Shown in pieces: positions 59,072 to 64,000 of a stretch of 64,000 nucleotides of DNA. A program made the translations under genes and the position numbers. Location: assembly GCF_009914755.1 (NCBI RefSeq), contig NC_060943.1, one strand, 5' to 3'. The notes beneath the pieces were generated by a model. It was not told the origin of the DNA and made no database searches. It saw only the letters and a list, made by a program, of their open reading frames with translations. Within the stretch, counting starts at the first letter, position 1. Every line of letters starts with the position of its first letter. This DNA is from the human T2T-CHM13v2.0 reference genome, Homo sapiens.

Positions 59072-59429
59072 CTGCCGGGTGGAGACAGCAGGTTGGGGAG
59101 GGGCGGAGCCTGGGAGCCTGGGGGCAGGGCCAGAGCTGGGGCGGGGCTTGAGAGACGCGAACGTGGTCAGGGTTTGGGACGCACCTGGGCGGCTTAGGAA
59201 CTAGGGCAGTCGGCCAGGGGACCCAGGCATGGTCAGAGCAGGGGCTGGTCATCCAGGGGACAGGACCTCATGAGGCGGAGCCGAGACAGTGGGTCTGGGG
59301 GCGGGAACTGGCTGTCGAGGGAAATGGCCTAGTCCTGGTGTCTCCAGGGTGGCTTAGGGGCGAGGAGTGGGGCACTCAGTCGGGGCCCCAACGGGGTGAG
59401 GGGAGGATGGCCTTGGGGATGGGCCTCAC

Positions 59430-59567
59430 CCGCCTCAGCACTTCATCCCCCTGAAACACCAGCTTGCGCACGTGCGACACGATTCGCTGCTTGGCGATCT
59501 CCAGGTCCTGCTGCCGCGCGTTGGCCTCGCGGACACAGGCCTGGTACAGCGCCTCGGCCTCCTGCGC
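59430..59567 (-). CDS. GMIP: GMIP exon 10 (F-BAR: AQEAEALYQACVREAN...DEVLRR)
   Basis: GT-AG bounded, 138 nt. Confidence 0.93.
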
Positions 59568-59668
59568 CTGGGGAAACGGGAGGCCAGGAGCGGGGTGGGG
59601 CGCGTGTGGGCGAGAGTGGAGGGCAGGGGGCGCCACAGCGCTACAGGGGCTCGGGGCCGGGTGCCCAC

Positions 59669-59839
59669 CTTGGCCTGGGCCTCCTCTCGCGAGCGCCGCC
59701 GCCGCTCCTGCTGCTTGCTAGGTCCCGGCGAGGCCTGGGGGGCCGAGTCCTCAGGGGACCCCTGGGAGCGTGCCCGCAGGTCCTCGCTGCGTTGCACATA
59801 CTGCAGCTGGGCGCGCCGCAGTGCCTGCACCGCCTCATT
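59669..59839 (-). CDS. GMIP: GMIP exon 9 (F-BAR: NEAVQALRRAQLQY...EEAQAK)
   Basis: GT-AG bounded, 171 nt. Confidence 0.93.
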
Positions 59840-59911
59840 CTGGGGGATGATGAGAAGGTCAGCGTCCCGGCCTCTCTCTCACCCTACCCTTCCACCAATT
59901 CCAAGCCTCAC

Positions 59912-59992
59912 CATCCGCTTCTGCTCCTTCATCCACTGCTCCTTGAACTCCTTCCGCCACTTCTCAATCTCAGTCCGTTTGGCGGCGAGGGG
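59912..59992 (-). CDS. GMIP: GMIP exon 8 ([27 protein letters not shown])
   Basis: GT-AG bounded, 81 nt. Confidence 0.92.
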
Positions 59993-60426
59993 CTGGCAAG
60001 GGTTGGGGATGGGGATGGAGACGCTGCCTTAGGGCCAACCCAGAAGCAGCCACCCAGTCCTTCCATTCCTGCGCCATGTGCTTTGCCACCTCTGGACTCT
60101 ATTTTTTTTTTTTTCGAGACGGAGTTTTGCTCTTGTTGCCCAGGTTGGAGTGCAAGTGGGCAATCATGGCTCACTGCAGCATTGAACTTGAACTCTTGAG
60201 TTCAAGCAATCCTCCAGCCTCAGCCTCTCAGTAGCTAGGACTACAGGCATGTGCACTAGGCCTAGTTAATTTAAAAAACAATTTCTTCTTTTTTTTTTTT
60301 TTTTTGGTTGGCCAGGTGTAGTGGCTCATGCCTTTAATCCCAGCACTTGGGAGGCCAAAGTGGGCAGATCACCTGAGGCCAGGAGTTCAAGACCAGCCTG
60401 ACCAACATGGTGAAACCCCGTCTCTA

Positions 60427-60657
<231 letters not shown>

Positions 60658-61139
60658 TTAGTCTCGAACTCCTGGCCTCAAGCAATCCTCCACCCTCAGC
60701 CTCCTAGTAGCTAGCACTGCAGACATGTGCACCAGGCCCAGCTAATTAAAAAACTTTTTTTTTTTTTTTGTAGAGACAGGGGGTCTCACTATGTTGCCCA
60801 GGTTGGTCTCAAACTCCTGGGCTCAAGCAATCCTCCCTCCTTGGCCCCCAGAAGTGCTGGGATTACAGGCATGAGCCACCGTGCCAGGCTGGACCCTTTT
60901 CTGAGTCAGTATTCTCCTCCTGGGGTCTTCTCCAGACCTGCTCTCCCCGACCCCTGAGTCCAGAAGTCTCATGTAGTCACCCCATCCTTTCTGCTTGGAA
61001 GCAGAGACACCAAGGCTTTCCTCCTGAGAACACTCAGCACCTCGTTCCCCTCCCCACAAACAAAAACGAAGTTTTTGGCTGGGCGTGGTGGCTCACGCCT
61101 GTAATCCCACCACTTTGGGAAGCTGAGGTAGGTGGATTA

Positions 61140-61358
<219 letters not shown>

Positions 61359-61594
61359 TCAAGAAAAAAAGTAAAGTGAAGTTTTGCAATTGCACAGGAA
61401 GCCCAGCTTGAATCTTTGCTGGGTAACCTTGGGCAAGTTCCCAAGCATCCCCGGGCCTCAGCTTCCTCATCAATGAAATGGCGACGTTGGTAGTGGTGCC
61501 TTCCTCCCAGCTTGCTGGGAAACGAGGGGATCAGGCCTGAAGGACAGCAGGATAGCAGGGTGACCTCTGTAACATTCCACCCTGCCCCCCTCAC

Positions 61595-61702
61595 CTGGTA
61601 GTAGTCTCTTTTCTGCTGGGCCACTGTCTCCATGGCCAGGGTTCCCAGGCTGAGATCGTGCTCCAGAAACAGGGTGTAGATGTACTGCAGAGGCATGTGG
61701 CT
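61595..61702 (-). CDS. GMIP: GMIP exon 7 (SHMPLQYIYTLFLEHD...RDYYQ)
   Basis: GT-AG bounded, 108 nt. Confidence 0.92.
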
Positions 61703-61805
61703 CTGGGGAAGACAGAGTGGTGTAGGAGGATACTGAAGATCTGTGGGGGACAAAGGTGGGGTTCTAGGGGGCTTGGGCTCTCCGGGGGGGTCTGGTCATG
61801 ACTAC

Positions 61806-61870
61806 CTGCTGTTGAATGGACACCTTGCCAGCTTCAGCGATCTTCATGGTGCTCTTAGCAAACTCCAGCT
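61806..61870 (-). CDS. GMIP: GMIP exon 6 (ELEFAKSTMKIAEAGKVSIQQQ)
   Basis: GT-AG bounded, 65 nt. Confidence 0.92.
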
Positions 61871-61955
61871 CTGGGGGAAGAGAGAGCCGGGCTCTGGGTC
61901 TAGCTGGGGTCTGGGGACTGCCTGGTAACTGGGGCTGGGCGGAAGAGGTCCTCAC

Positions 61956-62081
61956 CATAGCTGGCTCTCTTTTCAGTCCAGGCAAGCAGTTCCTTGGCAT
62001 AGCGGCTCCAGGTCTTGGCATATTCCAGGGCTGCGTCCACACCCCCCTTTGTCCGAATGAGCCGCAAGTCCAGTTCCTCCC
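61956..62081 (-). CDS. GMIP: GMIP exon 5 (FCH start: GEELDLRLIRTKGGVDAALEYAKTWSRY...)
   Basis: GT-AG bounded, 126 nt. Confidence 0.93.
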
Positions 62082-62294
62082 CTGGGGAAGATGGATGGAC
62101 CTCTGACCTTTGCACCCTAGTCTGCTATGGATGTCTTCCCTAAGCCCCCAGACCAGACCAGTGGCACCTGTCCTACAGCCTCACAGCTCCCCAAACACTA
62201 CTTTGGGATCACTTGTCCTGGTTGCAATTTTACAGATTCACTGTTTTTTGTTTTTTATTTTTTATTATTTTATTATTTATTTATTTATTTTTGA

Positions 62295-62399
<105 letters not shown>

Positions 62400-62442
62400 T
62401 GAGTAGCTGGGATTACAGGCATGCGCCACCATGCCCGGCTAA

Positions 62443-62607
<165 letters not shown>

Positions 62608-62900
62608 TGAGGCGGAGTCTCGCTCTGTCGCTCAGGCTGGAGTGCAATGGCCCTATTTTGCCTCACTGCAAGCTCCGCCTCCTGGGTTCCCGCCATTCTC
62701 CTGCCTCAGCCTCCCGAGTATCTGGGACTACAGGCACTCGCCACTGCGCCCGGCTAAATTTTTTTGTATTTTTAGTAGAGATGGGGTTTCACCATGTTAG
62801 CCAGGATGGTCTCGATCTCCTGACCTCGTGGTCCACCCGCCTCAGCCTCCAAAGTGCTGGGATTACAGGCGTGAGCCACTGCGTCCGGCCTTGTGTTTGA

Positions 62901-63056
<156 letters not shown>

Positions 63057-63319
63057 TAAAAAAATATTTTTTCTTTTGGTAGGGATGGTGTCTTACTGTT
63101 GCCCAGCATGGTCACGAATTCCTGGCTTCAAGTGATCCTCCTACCTCAGCCTCCACCCTGCCTGGGGTCTCCCTGAGGGCTGGGACTGAGATCTGTTGTG
63201 TGTACTGCCATATTCCCAAAACCTAAACGATGCCTTGCATGGAACAGGGGATCAGTGGTGATTTGTTGAAGGAAAGACTCCTGTCTGTCCCCACTGTCCT
63301 GGCCTCCAGACCCCCCTAC

Positions 63320-63377
63320 CTGTGAGGGGTACAGGACCCTCTGGGGAGGGGCCGCTCCAACAGCTGGCTTCGTTGGT
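63320..63377 (-). CDS. GMIP: GMIP exon 4 (TNEASCWSGPSPEGPVPLT)
   Basis: gcacag|ACCAAC...ACAG|gtaggg; 58 nt. Confidence 0.85.
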
Positions 63378-63485
63378 CTGTGCGGGAGGGAGACAGTATT
63401 CAGAAGCAAACAGGGCAGGGGCCTGGCCTTCCTAAGGCCCCCTCTGCTTGAGGTCTTCCTCCCTGTTCCCCTACTCCCCACTCAC

Positions 63486-63561
63486 AACAGTGGCTGTAGG
63501 GGTCTTGTCAGGTTCTGGGTCTTCTGAGAGTAGAGGGTCTCCAGCCAGCATCTCAAGGGTC
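63486..63561 (-). CDS. GMIP: GMIP exon 3 (TLEMLAGDPLLSEDPEPDKTPTATV)
   Basis: ccccag|GACCCTT...GTT|gtgagt; 76 nt. Exons 3-21 total 2809 nt, consistent with a 970-aa protein if exons 1-2 supply 104 nt. Confidence 0.85.
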
Positions 63562-64000
63562 CTGGGGGATAAAGGTGTGTCAGGATGCCACCTTACACCC
63601 AGTCTGTCCTGCCAAGGGGTGCTGGGGACCTTAGGGTTGTTTGTGGCAAACATCACCTCTGTGGCATCTCTTGTGTCTGGGAGGTCTGAAGAATGGTGTT
63701 TTGGGGGAATCAGGTGAGTTTTTTTTAAATAGGACTTGAAAAAGCATCTGAAGGGCCCCAGATAACTTTGAGGTTCATAGAGTGGGATTATAGGGATCGC
63801 AAATATTTTAAGGGGTTACAAGGATATGTAGGGGTTCTAGGACCACTTTGGGGATTTCCAGTCTATTTAGGGGGACACTTTTAGGATACCGAGGCATTTT
63901 GGAGGGTCCCATCCTAGACTTCTCTGGTTATTAGGTATGTAGGTCCAGATGTTACAGGTTCCAAATGGGACTGCAAGGCACCTAAATGGTTAGGGGCTTG

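Larger units (their letters stand above)
58800..59995. promoter_or_regulatory. Intragenic CpG island over GMIP exons 8-11
   Basis: CpG-rich exons and introns; GC boxes in intron 10. Confidence 0.65.

Noticed and set aside
59840-59911. Retention of 3n-length GMIP introns (8, also 3, 12 and 15) as coding inserts
   Set aside because: Each contains an in-frame stop codon.
59396-60199. 267-aa plus-strand ORF and other long antisense ORFs over GMIP and LPAR2 exons
   Set aside because: Stop-poor GC-rich antisense frames running into Alu sequence; no recognisable domain or splice support.

Overview
Human (or near-identical great-ape) genomic DNA, recognisable as the chr19p13.11 PBX4-LPAR2-GMIP cluster. 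All three genes are on the minus strand in tandem. The window holds GMIP coding exons 3-21 (63561->51473; exons 1-2 lie beyond the right edge), the complete LPAR2 gene (351-aa CDS, 48794->45765, plus a non-coding exon 1), and PBX4 exons 1-2 (the rest lies beyond the left edge). I placed exons by hand from GT-AG boundaries, and reading phases are consistent throughout. Roughly half the window is Alu, which explains most entries in the ORF track. It also contains solo LTRs (LTR1, HERV-H LTR7, MaLR, MER74-like), L1/L2/MER3 relics, and a PHF5A processed pseudogene that is nested inside one Alu and interrupted by another. I found no convincing new multi-gene system. The best leads are an in-frame strong-Kozak uORF ending in UGA-C just before the LPAR2 start, a ~89%-identical non-Alu inverted repeat in GMIP intron 19, a pre-miRNA-sized hairpin in PBX4 intron 1, nuclear-receptor-like AGGTCA arrays in GMIP introns, and the sense-oriented PHF5A retrocopy carrying splice and poly(A) signals. 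Repeat boundaries and subfamily names are approximate, assigned by eye.
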